From the NCBI GenBank assembly GCA_958421655.1, contig CATZMG010000001.1, forward strand, positions 13,639-77,638: DNA of 64,000 nucleotides, given 5' to 3'. This DNA is from an uncultured Collinsella sp. (GTDB lineage Bacteria; Actinomycetota; Coriobacteriia; Coriobacteriales; Coriobacteriaceae). The notes beneath the pieces are model-generated. The model searched no databases and was not told the DNA's origin. It saw only the letters and a list, made by a program, of their open reading frames with translations. This document shows positions 21,136 through 30,829 of this stretch, piece by piece; within the stretch, counting starts at the first letter, position 1, and each line of letters opens with the position of its first letter. The position numbers were made by a program, and so were the translations under genes.

Positions 21136-21889
21136 AGCCCACCCCACGCACGGTCTGGATGATGCGGGCGCCGCCGGCGTCCTCGATCTTGGCGCGCAGG
21201 TGCGCGATGTGCACGTCGACGTTGTTGGTGTCGCCCACGTATTCGTAGCCCAGCGCCTCGTGCGCGATGCGCTCGCGCGTGAGCACGGTCTCGGCATGCG
21301 CCATAAGCAGGGCGAGGACGTCGAACTCGCGGGCCGTGAGCGCGATGGGCGAGCCGCCGACCGTGACTTCGCGGCGGTCGGGGTCGAGCGCAACCGAGCC
21401 CACGGCGAGCGTGGCGGGGGAGGGCGCGACGGAAACTTGGGTCGAGTCGCCGACCGGGGGTATCGTAGCGGCGTCGACGCCCGCGCCACCTGCCCCGGCG
21501 CCGCCAACGCCCGAAGCCGCCCGCACGGCCTCCGAGCGCTTCAACGCCACGCGGATCCGTGCGAACAGCTCCTCAATCGCAAACGGCTTGGTCAGGTAAT
21601 CGTCGGCGCCGGCATCGAGCCCGGCCACCTTGTCCATCACGGCATCGCGCGCGGTGACCATGATTACCGGCACATCCTTGTGCTTGCGGACGCGTCGCAG
21701 CACCTCCATGCCGTTGAGCTGCGGCAACAGCACATCGAGCAGAATCAAATCGTAGTTGCGCTCCAGCGCCAGGTCCACGGCGGTGCGGCCGTCGGCGGCG
21801 TGCTCCACCTGGTAGCCCTCGTGCTCCAGCTCGAGCGTCACAAAGCGGGCGATTTTCTCCTCGTCCTCTACGATCAGGATCCGTGCCAT
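21119..21889 (-). CDS. OmpR-family response regulator (ArlR/CssR-like)
   Basis: Receiver (VEDE, LLD..LP, KPF) and winged helix (TVRGVGY) joined by a Gly/Ala/Pro linker. Confidence 0.95.
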   Translation of the reverse strand: MARILIVEDEEKIARFVTLELEHEGYQVEHAADGRTAVDLALERNYDLILLDVLLPQLNGMEVLRRVRKHKDVPVIMVTARDAVMDKVAGLDAGADDYLTKPFAIEELFARIRVALKRSEAVRAASGVGGAGAGGAGVDAATIPPVGDSTQVSVAPSPATLAVGSVALDPDRREVTVGGSPIALTAREFDVLALLMAHAETVLTRERIAHEALGYEYVGDTNNVDVHIAHLRAKIEDAGGARIIQTVRGVGYVCRA

Positions 21890-21907
21890 GCGTGCCCCCG
21901 TCTGCGA

Positions 21908-22450
21908 TTACTTGTCGTCGTTGAGATTTTGCTTGATGTCGTCCGCGGCGTCGGCGGCGTGATTCATAAGGTTGTTGATGCTGCCGGGCACGTCGCCGTC
22001 GCTATCGATGCGGTAGCGCATGCCAAAGAACAGGCCAATCAGCATCAGCCATATCGTGGCGCCCCAGGCAAACAGCGCGACGATGGGGATCAGGATGGGA
22101 ATGTTGAGGATGATCGCGTCGCGGCGCGTGGCGATAAACTTGGTGTCCAGGCTCAGGCGGAAGAGCTTTTTGAGGTACTCCCACACGCTGTCCATCTTCT
22201 TGGAAAAGTCGGTCTTTTCGCTCGACTTCTCGTAGGCGGCCTGCGCGGCGACCATCTCGGCCGAGGGTTCATCGACCGGCTCGGACTCGGTGGCGGCATG
22301 CGCCGACGTGGTCTGCGTCTTGCCCTGCGACTCGAGCCAAATGATGGCATCCAAAACGTTGCCGTCGGCAGCGTCGAGCGCGGCCTTGGCATCGGTGTAG
22401 CTCACGTTGCACTTGGTGCGGATGGTTTCAACTTTTTCGAGGTCGTCCAT
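21908..22450 (-). CDS. DUF4342-like protein with N-terminal UBA-like domain
   Basis: LEKVE.IR.KCNVSY.DAK.AL...GN.LDAII.LE; C-terminal hydrophobic hairpin. Confidence 0.75.
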   Translation of the reverse strand: MDDLEKVETIRTKCNVSYTDAKAALDAADGNVLDAIIWLESQGKTQTTSAHAATESEPVDEPSAEMVAAQAAYEKSSEKTDFSKKMDSVWEYLKKLFRLSLDTKFIATRRDAIILNIPILIPIVALFAWGATIWLMLIGLFFGMRYRIDSDGDVPGSINNLMNHAADAADDIKQNLNDDK

Positions 22451-22554
22451 GACCTGTCCTTTCGTTCGATGGGCGCGACGCCGGGCGATTTGCCCGGGCG
22501 CGAGCGTTGCGTTCGGCGACCTGCGTGGCGCCGCCCCGCCCTTGGTCGAACTCT

Positions 22555-22597
22555 ATAGTGCAGGTTATAGATTAAGCGATTCTTGAGCCAAGATTAA
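22555..22597 (-). promoter_or_regulatory. Putative response-regulator box (three pentamers at 11-bp period) and -10 element
   Basis: Minus strand TTAAT-N6-TCAAG-N6-TTAAT, then 10 nt, then CACTAT. Confidence 0.5.
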
Positions 22598-22803
22598 TGT
22601 TGGATGAGTTTTTGGGTAGCGGTGGGAAAAGTATTAGACCTCGATAGCGGGGGATGTGGTGCCGGTGCAAAACGGCGTCAAAGGTTGGTCGAGCAGGCGG
22701 TTTCTCCATTGATGTCCGCACAGCATGTGACACTTACCCTGCCGCCCCGCTCTGCCGCGGCGGCATGCGTCTGAACAACGACCCTCTAAGGAGTTCGATA
22801 CCG

Positions 22804-23043
22804 ATGAGTGACAACGCAAAGCATCTCGCAAAGAAGTGCGTAAAGGACGCGGGGCCGTGCCTCGCGCTGTGCGTAGCCGGCGCAGCGGTCGCGCTGCTGG
22901 CTGTTCTGGGGCCGTTCGACGTGCTCCGAAGTGCCAGCTTTCTGCATGTTTGCATGGCTCTTGCCGGCGCCACGATGACCGGCGGCGTGCTCGATCTGAT
23001 CTTTTGGGTGTTTGACCCGTTTGGATGGAAGAGCGAGGGGTAG
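22804..23043 (+). CDS. Small hypothetical membrane protein
   Basis: AAGGAG RBS; 79 aa with two hydrophobic segments. Confidence 0.5.
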   Translation: MSDNAKHLAKKCVKDAGPCLALCVAGAAVALLAVLGPFDVLRSASFLHVCMALAGATMTGGVLDLIFWVFDPFGWKSEG

Positions 23044-23128
23044 GTCCCAAAGGATGGAAGGGCTGGAACGGTTGACTTAGTGATCGTGCAGAATGTGGGC
23101 TAGCGACTTACAGGGAAGTGGTGATCCG

Positions 23129-23854
23129 ATGACGGTCTATGTGACGGGCGATATTCACGGCGGCGTCGACATGCAAAAGCTTCGCGACTGGGATCTTGGG
23201 GATGGTCTGACAAGTGACGACTATCTCATCATCGCGGGCGACTTTGGCTTTCCGTGGGATTTCTCTGCCGAGGAATGTGCCGACATCGCCTGGCTGGAGT
23301 CGCGCCCCTATACCGTGCTGTTTGTCGACGGCAACCACGAGCGTTTCGATCACTGGTCGGAGCGCCCCATGGAGCTGTGGCACGGCGGCCTGACGCAGCG
23401 TCTGTCGGACACCTCGCCCATCCGACGCCTGACGCGCGGTGAGGTTTTTGAGCTCGACGGCTCAACGATCTTTACCATGGGCGGCGCCACGAGCGTGGAT
23501 AAGGAATACCGCATTCCGTATTCCAGCTGGTGGCCGCAGGAGCTGCCGGACGAGCGCAACTTTGAGGAGGCGCGGGCAAAGCTCGACAGCGTGGGTTGGA
23601 AGGTCGACTATGCGATCACCCATACCTGCTCCACGCGCATGCTTTCGCCCACGCTTTACCCGGCACCTGGCTGGAATTATCCCGATGTCGATCGACTCAC
23701 CACGTTTTTCGACGAGCTGGAGGACCACCTGGACTACAAGCGCTGGTACTACGGGCATTTTCATCGTGACGCCAACCCAGCCGAGTGCCACACCGTGCTC
23801 TACGACTGTATTGTCCGCCTGGGCGACGAACTCCAGCCCTGGGATGTCGCGTAG
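23129..23854 (+). CDS. Calcineurin-like metallophosphoesterase
   Basis: GDIHG, GDFG, DGNHE, TH, GHFH motifs. Confidence 0.9.
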   Translation: MTVYVTGDIHGGVDMQKLRDWDLGDGLTSDDYLIIAGDFGFPWDFSAEECADIAWLESRPYTVLFVDGNHERFDHWSERPMELWHGGLTQRLSDTSPIRRLTRGEVFELDGSTIFTMGGATSVDKEYRIPYSSWWPQELPDERNFEEARAKLDSVGWKVDYAITHTCSTRMLSPTLYPAPGWNYPDVDRLTTFFDELEDHLDYKRWYYGHFHRDANPAECHTVLYDCIVRLGDELQPWDVA

Positions 23855-23869
23855 GGGCGGGGTGGCTGG

Positions 23870-24871
23870 CTACTCGACCGTTACAGTGATGTTTTCCCGA
23901 TGCGTGCGGATAACATCCCAGCTAAAGTGCTCGACCAGCTGCTCGGCAGAGCGCGGTGTGGCGTCCGGCGCGATGCCTGTTTGCCCGGCGAGCCAGCCCA
24001 GTAGTGCCTCGGGCGCGCCAAAGCGGGTGCGGAGCTCGCCCAGGTCCAGGTCGCGGTCGCGCTTGGAAAGGCGGCGGCCATCCGGCGACATGAGCAGCGG
24101 AATGTGCGCGTAGTGCGGCGTGGGAAGTTCCAGCAAATGCTGCAGGTAGATTTGGCGCGGCGTGGAGCCCAGCAGATCGCATCCGCGCACGACCTCGGTG
24201 ACGCCCATGGCAGCGTCGTCGACCACCACGGCTAGCTGGTAGGCAAAAACGCCGTCGCTGCGGCGCACCAAAAAGTCGCCGCATTCGGTGGCGAGTGCTT
24301 CGCATTGGGCTCCATACGTGCGGTCCACGAATTCGATCACATCGTTTGCGAGGTCGTCGACGGCGGGTACGCGCAGGCGCGTGGCCGGAGCGCGCAGGGC
24401 GCTGCGGCGGGCAACCTCCTCGGCAGAAAGGTCTCGGCAGGCGGCGCGGTAGATGGGCGTGCCGTCGCTCGCGTGCGGCGCGCTCGCGGCGTGGAGTTCG
24501 GCACGCGTGCAAAAACAGGGATAGGTGAGGCCGGCGTCTTGCAGCTGACGCAGGGCGTCCTCGTACAGATCCAGGCGATCGTGCTGGTAGTAGGGGCCTT
24601 CGTCCCACTCCAGTCCCAGCCAGGCCAGGTCGTCAATCAATTGAGTGGCAAGTTCCGGGCGCTTGCAGCGATCGTCCAGGTCCTCGATGCGCAGCACGAT
24701 GCTGCCGCCTTGGCTGCGGGCCGAAAGCCACGAGCACAGGCAGCTGAACACGTTGCCCAAGTGCATGCGGCCCGAGGGCGACGGGGCAAAGCGGCCCACG
24801 ACGGGGGTGGGCGCTGCCGTTGCTGGTGCGTCCGCGGCGTGTGTTGCTATGTTGCGTGCGTTGATATCCAT
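23870..24871 (-). CDS. gluQRS: tRNA glutamyl-Q(34) synthetase
   Basis: GRFAPSPSG.MHLGN, CFCTR, YQLAVVVDD, RLSKR; no anticodon-binding domain. Confidence 0.92.
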   Translation of the reverse strand: MDINARNIATHAADAPATAAPTPVVGRFAPSPSGRMHLGNVFSCLCSWLSARSQGGSIVLRIEDLDDRCKRPELATQLIDDLAWLGLEWDEGPYYQHDRLDLYEDALRQLQDAGLTYPCFCTRAELHAASAPHASDGTPIYRAACRDLSAEEVARRSALRAPATRLRVPAVDDLANDVIEFVDRTYGAQCEALATECGDFLVRRSDGVFAYQLAVVVDDAAMGVTEVVRGCDLLGSTPRQIYLQHLLELPTPHYAHIPLLMSPDGRRLSKRDRDLDLGELRTRFGAPEALLGWLAGQTGIAPDATPRSAEQLVEHFSWDVIRTHRENITVTVE

Positions 24872-24999
24872 GCGGACGAGTATAGCGCGGGGCTTGGCAG
24901 GGAAGGCGTTGCTGCGCTCACAAGTTGGCGGCGGTACGCATTGCGCACGGTGGGTTTGCGGCTCAAGGTCTCGATCGCTGCGTACCGACTTAGCCTCAC

Positions 25000-25105
25000 A
25001 AACGACAGAAACCCCGGCAGCTCTTCGCAACTGCCGGGGTTTCCGCGGAAAAGGGGGACATGATCCTCGAGCGAACGGCAAAGGGGCAAACCGTTTTCGC
25101 TCAAC
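25000..25105 (-). ncRNA. Candidate small RNA with C-rich loops and terminator
   Basis: Hairpin with GCCCCUUUG loop, single-stranded UCCCCCUUUUCC, then a 13-bp GC stem; lies in a ~500-bp intergenic gap. Confidence 0.35.
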
Positions 25106-25222
25106 TGCTTTATGCCCCTCGGCTGGCGGCTCAATCAGCGCGTGCCGCGCCCACACAAAGCCGCTACACCTGTGACGGAGCTGTGAAGTGGTATCTATTG
25201 CCGGGGCGGGCTATGCCAAGGG

Positions 25223-25263
25223 TGTCCCTAATGACTAGTCATTTAAGAACGTCCCCAATGACT
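25223..25263. repeat. 41-bp GACTAGTC/GGGAC repeat, copy 2
   Basis: TGTCCCTAATGACTAGTCATTTAAGAACGTCCCCAATGACT. Confidence 0.75.
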
Positions 25264-25386
25264 AGCTGCCGGGGTGCTGGTGTGACTTTCATCCCGTTTG
25301 GCGCTCCGGTCGCCTAGATGTTCGCCATGCGTACCCGCAAACGTGGGACAATGGCGCTGTTGGTTTTACAGACAAAGGATGTGCCT

Positions 25387-27330
25387 ATGAACACCCTCGC
25401 CGCCAAAGTCAGCCGGCAGCGCCACCTGTTTGCGCGATTCGCTTCCGTCTGCGCACTCGTCGCGCTTGCATTGCTGCTACTGCCCGCCGCCGCACACGCC
25501 GACGGTTATTCCATGACCCAGACCTATATCAGTGCCACGGTTGAGGCCGATGGATCGCTGACCGTTGTCGAGGGACGCCAGTTTGATTTCGACGACGACA
25601 TCAACGGCGTGTTTTGGGAGATCAATACGGGCGCCAACCAGCAGGGCGGCACGGCGGGCGTCGATGTGCTGAGTGTCGAGGAAGAGGACACCGCGTTTAA
25701 CAAAGTCGATAGCGCGAACAAGGGCGACTCTGGCGTCTATACGGTCGAGCAGACCGGTGACGGCGTAAGGATTAAGGTGTTCAGCCCCCACGAGAGCGGC
25801 GACAGCGCGATCTATTACGTGAGCTACACCATGACCGGTGCGGTCATGAACTGGGCCGATACCGCCGAGCTCTACTGGAAGTTTGTGGGCGACGGCTGGT
25901 CCGCGGACTCCGATGACGTTGAGATGGAAGTGTACTTCGCAAATGCCGCTGCCGGGACGGCGGCCGTCAAGGGCGATAACTTCCGCGCATGGGGCCACGG
26001 CCCGCTGACGGGCGATGTATCGCTCGATGCGGACGAACCCATGGTCACCTATACCATTCCCTGCGTGCATCAGGGCGAATTCGCCGAGGCACGCATCGCC
26101 TTCCCTAGCGACTGGGTGCCGCAGCTTGCCGCTTCGGGCGAAGAGCGCATGTCAACGATCCTGAGCGAAGAGAAGGAATGGGCCGACGAAGCTAACGCCC
26201 GCCGCGCTCACGCTCGCATGATTGCCAATGCACTTGCCGTGCTAAGTGTTGTTGCGGCGGTGGTCTTTACCGGCACAATCGTTATGCTCAAGCTGCGCAA
26301 GCGCAAGCCCAAGCCGCTTTTCCAGGACGAATATTTCCGCGATGTGCCTTCGGCCGACCATCCCGCCGTGCTTTCGGCCCTCATGAGCTGGAACGAGGTG
26401 CCCGATCAGGCATATATCGCCACGCTCATGAAGCTCACTGACGACCGTGTGATCAAGCTGGAGCAGGCGACCGTGACCAAGGCCAAGAAGGGTCTGTTGG
26501 AGCGTGAAAAAGAAGAGCAGACGTATCGCGTGACGGTGAGTGATGCGGGCTGGAAGTCGGCCAAGGGCATTGACCACATGGTGCTCAAGGTCTTCTTTGC
26601 CGGTGCTAAGCCTGACGAGAACGGCGATCGCTCGCGCACGTTCGACGAGCTGCAGCACTACGTCAAACAGCACGCTACACCCGTGGGCGACAAGCTCGAG
26701 GACTATCAGAATACCGTTAAGGGCAAACTGGCCGATAGCGAGTACGTTGCCTCGGACGGCATTGTTGCAATGGTGTTTTGCCTGGTTCTTGGTATCCTGA
26801 TTGCCTTTGTTCCCGTGGGATCCATCTTCTTTACCGATGGCGCACAGGCGAACATTACCGCCGCGGTTATCTCGGTGCCGATTGTGCTGGTGGGTATCGG
26901 CGTGGGCCTTACGTTCCGCCGCTTTACGCCGGAGGGCGCCGAGGTGGCGGCTCGCTGCAAGGCACTTAAGCATTGGCTCGAGGACTTCACGCGTCTAAAG
27001 GAAGCCGTCCCCGGTGATCTGGTGCTGTGGAACAAGCTGCTGGTGATGGGCGTGGCGCTGGGTGTTTCCAAGGAAGTGCTGCGTCAGCTTGCCGAGGCCG
27101 TGCCGCCCGAGGTGCGCGAGGCCGACGGCTTCTATGACAATTATCCCTGCTACTGGTGGTACTACCATCATTACGGTATCGAGTCTCCGCTCGATTCGTT
27201 CGATGACGTGTATCACGAGAGCGTCCGTGAGCTGGCGTCGAGCTCCGACAGCTCGGGCGGCGGCGGAGGCGGCGGCTTCTCTGGCGGCGGAGGCGGCGGC
27301 GTCGGCGGAGGCGGCGGCGGAACGTTCTAG
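25387..27330 (+). CDS. DUF2207 family membrane protein
   Basis: Signal peptide, ELYWK..G.GW, TM segments, C-terminal GGGGFSGGGGGG.GGGGGG tail. Confidence 0.88.
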   Translation: MNTLAAKVSRQRHLFARFASVCALVALALLLLPAAAHADGYSMTQTYISATVEADGSLTVVEGRQFDFDDDINGVFWEINTGANQQGGTAGVDVLSVEEEDTAFNKVDSANKGDSGVYTVEQTGDGVRIKVFSPHESGDSAIYYVSYTMTGAVMNWADTAELYWKFVGDGWSADSDDVEMEVYFANAAAGTAAVKGDNFRAWGHGPLTGDVSLDADEPMVTYTIPCVHQGEFAEARIAFPSDWVPQLAASGEERMSTILSEEKEWADEANARRAHARMIANALAVLSVVAAVVFTGTIVMLKLRKRKPKPLFQDEYFRDVPSADHPAVLSALMSWNEVPDQAYIATLMKLTDDRVIKLEQATVTKAKKGLLEREKEEQTYRVTVSDAGWKSAKGIDHMVLKVFFAGAKPDENGDRSRTFDELQHYVKQHATPVGDKLEDYQNTVKGKLADSEYVASDGIVAMVFCLVLGILIAFVPVGSIFFTDGAQANITAAVISVPIVLVGIGVGLTFRRFTPEGAEVAARCKALKHWLEDFTRLKEAVPGDLVLWNKLLVMGVALGVSKEVLRQLAEAVPPEVREADGFYDNYPCYWWYYHHYGIESPLDSFDDVYHESVRELASSSDSSGGGGGGGFSGGGGGGVGGGGGGTF

Positions 27331-27410
27331 CGCGCTCTGATTTTTGGGATGGATTTTCTCCGGCGACTGCCGACGGATCCATCCCATTTTTATGCGCTAC
27401 CTACGAAGGC

Positions 27411-27451
27411 TGTCCCCAACGACTAATCACTGGGAACATCCCTAAATGACT
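27411..27451. repeat. 41-bp GACTAGTC/GGGAC repeat, degenerate copy 3
   Basis: TGTCCCCAACGACTAATCACTGGGAACATCCCTAAATGACT. Confidence 0.6.
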
Positions 27452-27468
27452 AGGCATGGCTGCTGGGT

Positions 27469-28110
27469 TTAGGCTGTTAGATCGAGTTCGTAGAGGAAGC
27501 TTTCGCGCGGCATGTCGTGACGGCGCTCTTCGCGGTTGGCGCGGTGCGTGGCCGTGCGCTTAAAGCCGTGCAGCTCGTAGAACTTCCACGAGCAGTTGGA
27601 GTCGGTGTACAGGTGCGCCCTCGTCGCTCCAAGCGAGGACAGGTGCGAGACGGCGGCATCGAGCAGAACCGTGCCAACGCCCAGGCCATGGACATCGCGA
27701 TCCACGGCAAGCAGCGTGACCTCGTTGTCGTGCGGCAACGGGCTGCTCTCGAGCAGGCGGTTGTTGGTTCGGATGGTTGCGCGCACAAACGAGAGATACT
27801 CGGCGCACGCATCGGGCTCTAGCTCACGCATCTGCGATAGCAGCGCGCGTTCGGTATCCATCCAATGCTCGTTGATAGTGGCGCCGGAGCTCTGTCCCGC
27901 ACGCGCGAGCGAAATGCCACGCGCCTGACCGTCGATTACGGCAACCTGTGAAAACGTCGACGACGAAAGGCAATAGGCGAGGTCGCACGCGGCCTCAAGG
28001 CGGTTGTACTCATCGTTATCCGAATTGTTATGCCAAAGCTGCTGCAGAATCAGCGCGATGGCGTCGAAGTCTTCGGTATCAAACGGTCGGTAGAGAACCC
28101 GCGAGACCAT
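27469..28110 (-). CDS. GNAT family N-acetyltransferase
   Basis: V....HGLGVG..L, LYTDS.C...FY..HGF motifs. Confidence 0.88.
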   Translation of the reverse strand: MVSRVLYRPFDTEDFDAIALILQQLWHNNSDNDEYNRLEAACDLAYCLSSSTFSQVAVIDGQARGISLARAGQSSGATINEHWMDTERALLSQMRELEPDACAEYLSFVRATIRTNNRLLESSPLPHDNEVTLLAVDRDVHGLGVGTVLLDAAVSHLSSLGATRAHLYTDSNCSWKFYELHGFKRTATHRANREERRHDMPRESFLYELDLTA

Positions 28111-28387
28111 GGTGCCTCTTTCTTTTGCGGATGCATATCGAGCACAGTTCTACCACGCCATTGGCATCTAATTATGGTGCCCCTGTGTTCCATGAACTCA
28201 CCGTGCCCGGTGCCATGCCCATCCCCTCCGCTCGCAAACTTTTTCTGCACATGCGCCCGTTGCGGGGTGCATCGATGCGCTCGATGCGCTACATTAAATC
28301 AGTATTTTCAATGCCGCTGCGCGAGCGCTGCAGATCGACGTATCACCGACTCACAGAGCACGGCGGCGTACCAGACAGGAGGACTGC

Positions 28388-29995
28388 ATGGGATCTGATG
28401 TGAAGATCGCACGCGCGTTGATCTCGGTTACCGATAAGACGGGCGTCGTCGATTTCGCACGGACGCTGGTTGACGACTTTGGCGTCGAGATCATCTCTAC
28501 GGGCGGCACGGCTCGTGCCATCGAGGACGCGGGCATTCCCGTAACCCCCATCGAGGAGTTCACGGGCTATCCCGAGATGATGGACGGCCGCGTTAAGACC
28601 CTGCACCCCAAGGTTCATGGCGCGCTGCTGGCCCGCCGCGATTCCGAGCAGCACATGCAGGAGGCGGCTCAGCACGGCATTAAGCTGATCGACCTGGTCG
28701 TCGTCAACCTGTACGAGTTCGAGAAGACCGTTGCCAACCCCGAGGTCACCTTCGCGGACGCTATCGAGCACATCGACATCGGTGGCCCCTCCATGCTGCG
28801 CTCTGCTGCCAAGAACGCCGCGAGCGTTACCGTCATTTCCGACCCGGCCGACTATGATGCCGTCCTGGCCGAGATGCACGAGACCGGTGGCTGCACCACG
28901 CTTTCCACCCGTCGTCGCCTGCAGGTGAAGGTCTACCAGACCACCGCCGCCTACGACACGGCCATCTCCCGCTGGCTCGCCGCCCAGGCAAGCGACGTGG
29001 CGGACACCTCTGCCAAGCTCGAGATTTCGCTGGAGAAGGTCGACGACCTGCGCTATGGCGAGAACCCGCAGCAGAAAGCCACAGTCTATCGCTTTGCCGA
29101 GGGCTGCGAGAACACCGCGAGCTCGCAGTTCCCGCTCGTGGGCTCCAAGCAGATCCAGGGCAAGCCGCTCAGCTACAACAACTATTTGGATGCCGACGCC
29201 GCTTGGAACCTGGTCCGCGAGTTCGACGAGCCGGCCTGCGTAATCCTCAAGCACCAGAACCCCTGCGGTTCCGCCGTTGCCGAGGACATCACGGCTGCCT
29301 ACGACCGCGCTTTTGTCTGCGATCCCAAGAGTGCCTTTGGCGGCATCATCGCCTGCAACCGCGAGGTTCCCTTTGATCTGGTTGAGCACTTTGCCGATCA
29401 GAACAAGCAGTTCGTCGAGGTCATCATCGCCCCGAGCTACACCGCCGAGGCGCTCGAGCGCATGGCCAAGCGCCCCAACCTGCGCGTGTTGGCGACCGGC
29501 GGCGTGGACCACGGCGCTCAGGTGGAGCTGCGCTCCGTCGACGGCGGCATGCTGGTGCAGGAGGTCGACCACGTGACCGAGGATCCCGCGACCTTTACGT
29601 TCCCCACCGACCGCAAGCCCACCGACGCCGAGATGGCCGAGCTCGAGTTTGCCTGGAAGGTCTGCAAGGGCGTTAAGTCCAACGCCATCCTGGTCTCCAA
29701 GGGTAAGGCCGGCATTGGCATGGGCCCCGGTCAGCCCAACCGCGTTGACTCTGCGCTGCTTGCCTGCGAGCGCGCCGAGGACTTCTGCGAGCGCGAGGGC
29801 GTGGAGAAGGGCGGCTTTGCCTGTGCAAGCGACGCGTTCTTCCCGTTCCGCGACAACGTCGACGTGCTTGCCGAGCATGGTGTGACCTGCATCATCCAGC
29901 CCGGCGGCTCCAAGCGCGACGACGAAAGCATCCAGGCCTGCAATGAGCACAATATTGCTATGGTGTTTACGGGCGCTCGCCACTTCCGCCACTAA
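28388..29995 (+). CDS. purH: Bifunctional AICAR transformylase/IMP cyclohydrolase
   Basis: [47 protein letters not shown] motifs. Confidence 0.98.
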   Translation: MGSDVKIARALISVTDKTGVVDFARTLVDDFGVEIISTGGTARAIEDAGIPVTPIEEFTGYPEMMDGRVKTLHPKVHGALLARRDSEQHMQEAAQHGIKLIDLVVVNLYEFEKTVANPEVTFADAIEHIDIGGPSMLRSAAKNAASVTVISDPADYDAVLAEMHETGGCTTLSTRRRLQVKVYQTTAAYDTAISRWLAAQASDVADTSAKLEISLEKVDDLRYGENPQQKATVYRFAEGCENTASSQFPLVGSKQIQGKPLSYNNYLDADAAWNLVREFDEPACVILKHQNPCGSAVAEDITAAYDRAFVCDPKSAFGGIIACNREVPFDLVEHFADQNKQFVEVIIAPSYTAEALERMAKRPNLRVLATGGVDHGAQVELRSVDGGMLVQEVDHVTEDPATFTFPTDRKPTDAEMAELEFAWKVCKGVKSNAILVSKGKAGIGMGPGQPNRVDSALLACERAEDFCEREGVEKGGFACASDAFFPFRDNVDVLAEHGVTCIIQPGGSKRDDESIQACNEHNIAMVFTGARHFRH

Positions 29996-30024
29996 GTTCT
30001 GCCTTGGGACAAAATAATCTCCGC

Positions 30025-30060
30025 AAAAGACGGCTGCTCCGTTTGGAGGGCCGTCTTTTT
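30025..30060 (+). terminator. Intrinsic terminator after purH
   Basis: AAAAGACGGC...GCCGTCTTTTT. Confidence 0.7.
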
Positions 30061-30076
30061 GGTATAAGAGGACGGA

Positions 30077-30811
30077 ATGACTAACACGAAAGGTATGACC
30101 ATGCCCCAGATTGATGATGCCGAGCTGTTTGGCAATGCCGAGGATCAGCGTGCGTACGAGGAATTTTGCGCCAATCAGGAGGCGGTCGAGAAGTTCACGC
30201 TCGACAAGCTCGCGCTTGTCTGTCGTTGGCGCATGTCCAACAAAAAGGTGCCCATGCTCAACCGCCACATTCGTGCGCTGTCCGAGCGCCTGGTGCAGGG
30301 CGAGCCGCTTACCCATAACATGCTCAGCTGGGCCAAGCAGCACGTTGAGTGGTCGCTTGCCGAGGGCGATTACACGGCACGCGACGGCGTGCTCATGCTG
30401 GTGATCGACGTCAACGGCAACGCCGCCATGACGGTGGGGGAGTACGAGCCGCTCGCCGATACGTCGGCCAAGGCGCTGCGTGCCCGTTCCGCCGAGGCCC
30501 GCTCCGAGGCCGACGAGACCGGCGTGGCGCCCGAGTTGCTCGCCGCCGTCAACAACGGCGAGCTTGCCTTTGTGGCGCCGGCGGACGAGTGCCTGTGCGG
30601 CACGGCGACGCTCATCGAGCAGCTGGCCCAGACCAAGGGCATCCCGGTCACGCGCGTAGACATTCCCGCGCAGCTTAAGGGCGCGCTGTTCCTAGTGAGC
30701 GACGAGCACGGCGTGGTCCCCGCAACCGAGACGGACGCTGCGGAGGCCGACGCCGCCACGGTCGCCTTCTTCGCCGACGGCTACGAAAAGCTCCGTGCCC
30801 GCCGCTCCTAA
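30077..30811 (+). CDS. Hypothetical protein; degenerate fold-type IV aminotransferase-like
   Basis: LNRHIRAL, ARSEA..TG, LCGT, LFLVSDEHGVVP resemble IlvE/PabC segments; start may be 30095 or 30101. Confidence 0.6.
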   Translation: MTNTKGMTMPQIDDAELFGNAEDQRAYEEFCANQEAVEKFTLDKLALVCRWRMSNKKVPMLNRHIRALSERLVQGEPLTHNMLSWAKQHVEWSLAEGDYTARDGVLMLVIDVNGNAAMTVGEYEPLADTSAKALRARSAEARSEADETGVAPELLAAVNNGELAFVAPADECLCGTATLIEQLAQTKGIPVTRVDIPAQLKGALFLVSDEHGVVPATETDAAEADAATVAFFADGYEKLRARRS

Positions 30812-30829
30812 CCTCAATGCGGGGTTGGC

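Noticed and set aside
27256..27321. GGCGGCGGA tandem repeat as a separate element
   Set aside because: It encodes the normal Gly-rich C-terminus of DUF2207 proteins.
28110..28387. ZMP/ZTP riboswitch upstream of purH
   Set aside because: I could not find the characteristic GACUGGCG and CGCCUGGG elements.
28343..30343. Long antisense ORFs (also 5643-7853, 32124-34181, 44905-47037, 52937-55204, 58306-60009)
   Set aside because: Shadow frames of well-supported genes in high-GC DNA, with no recognisable domains.
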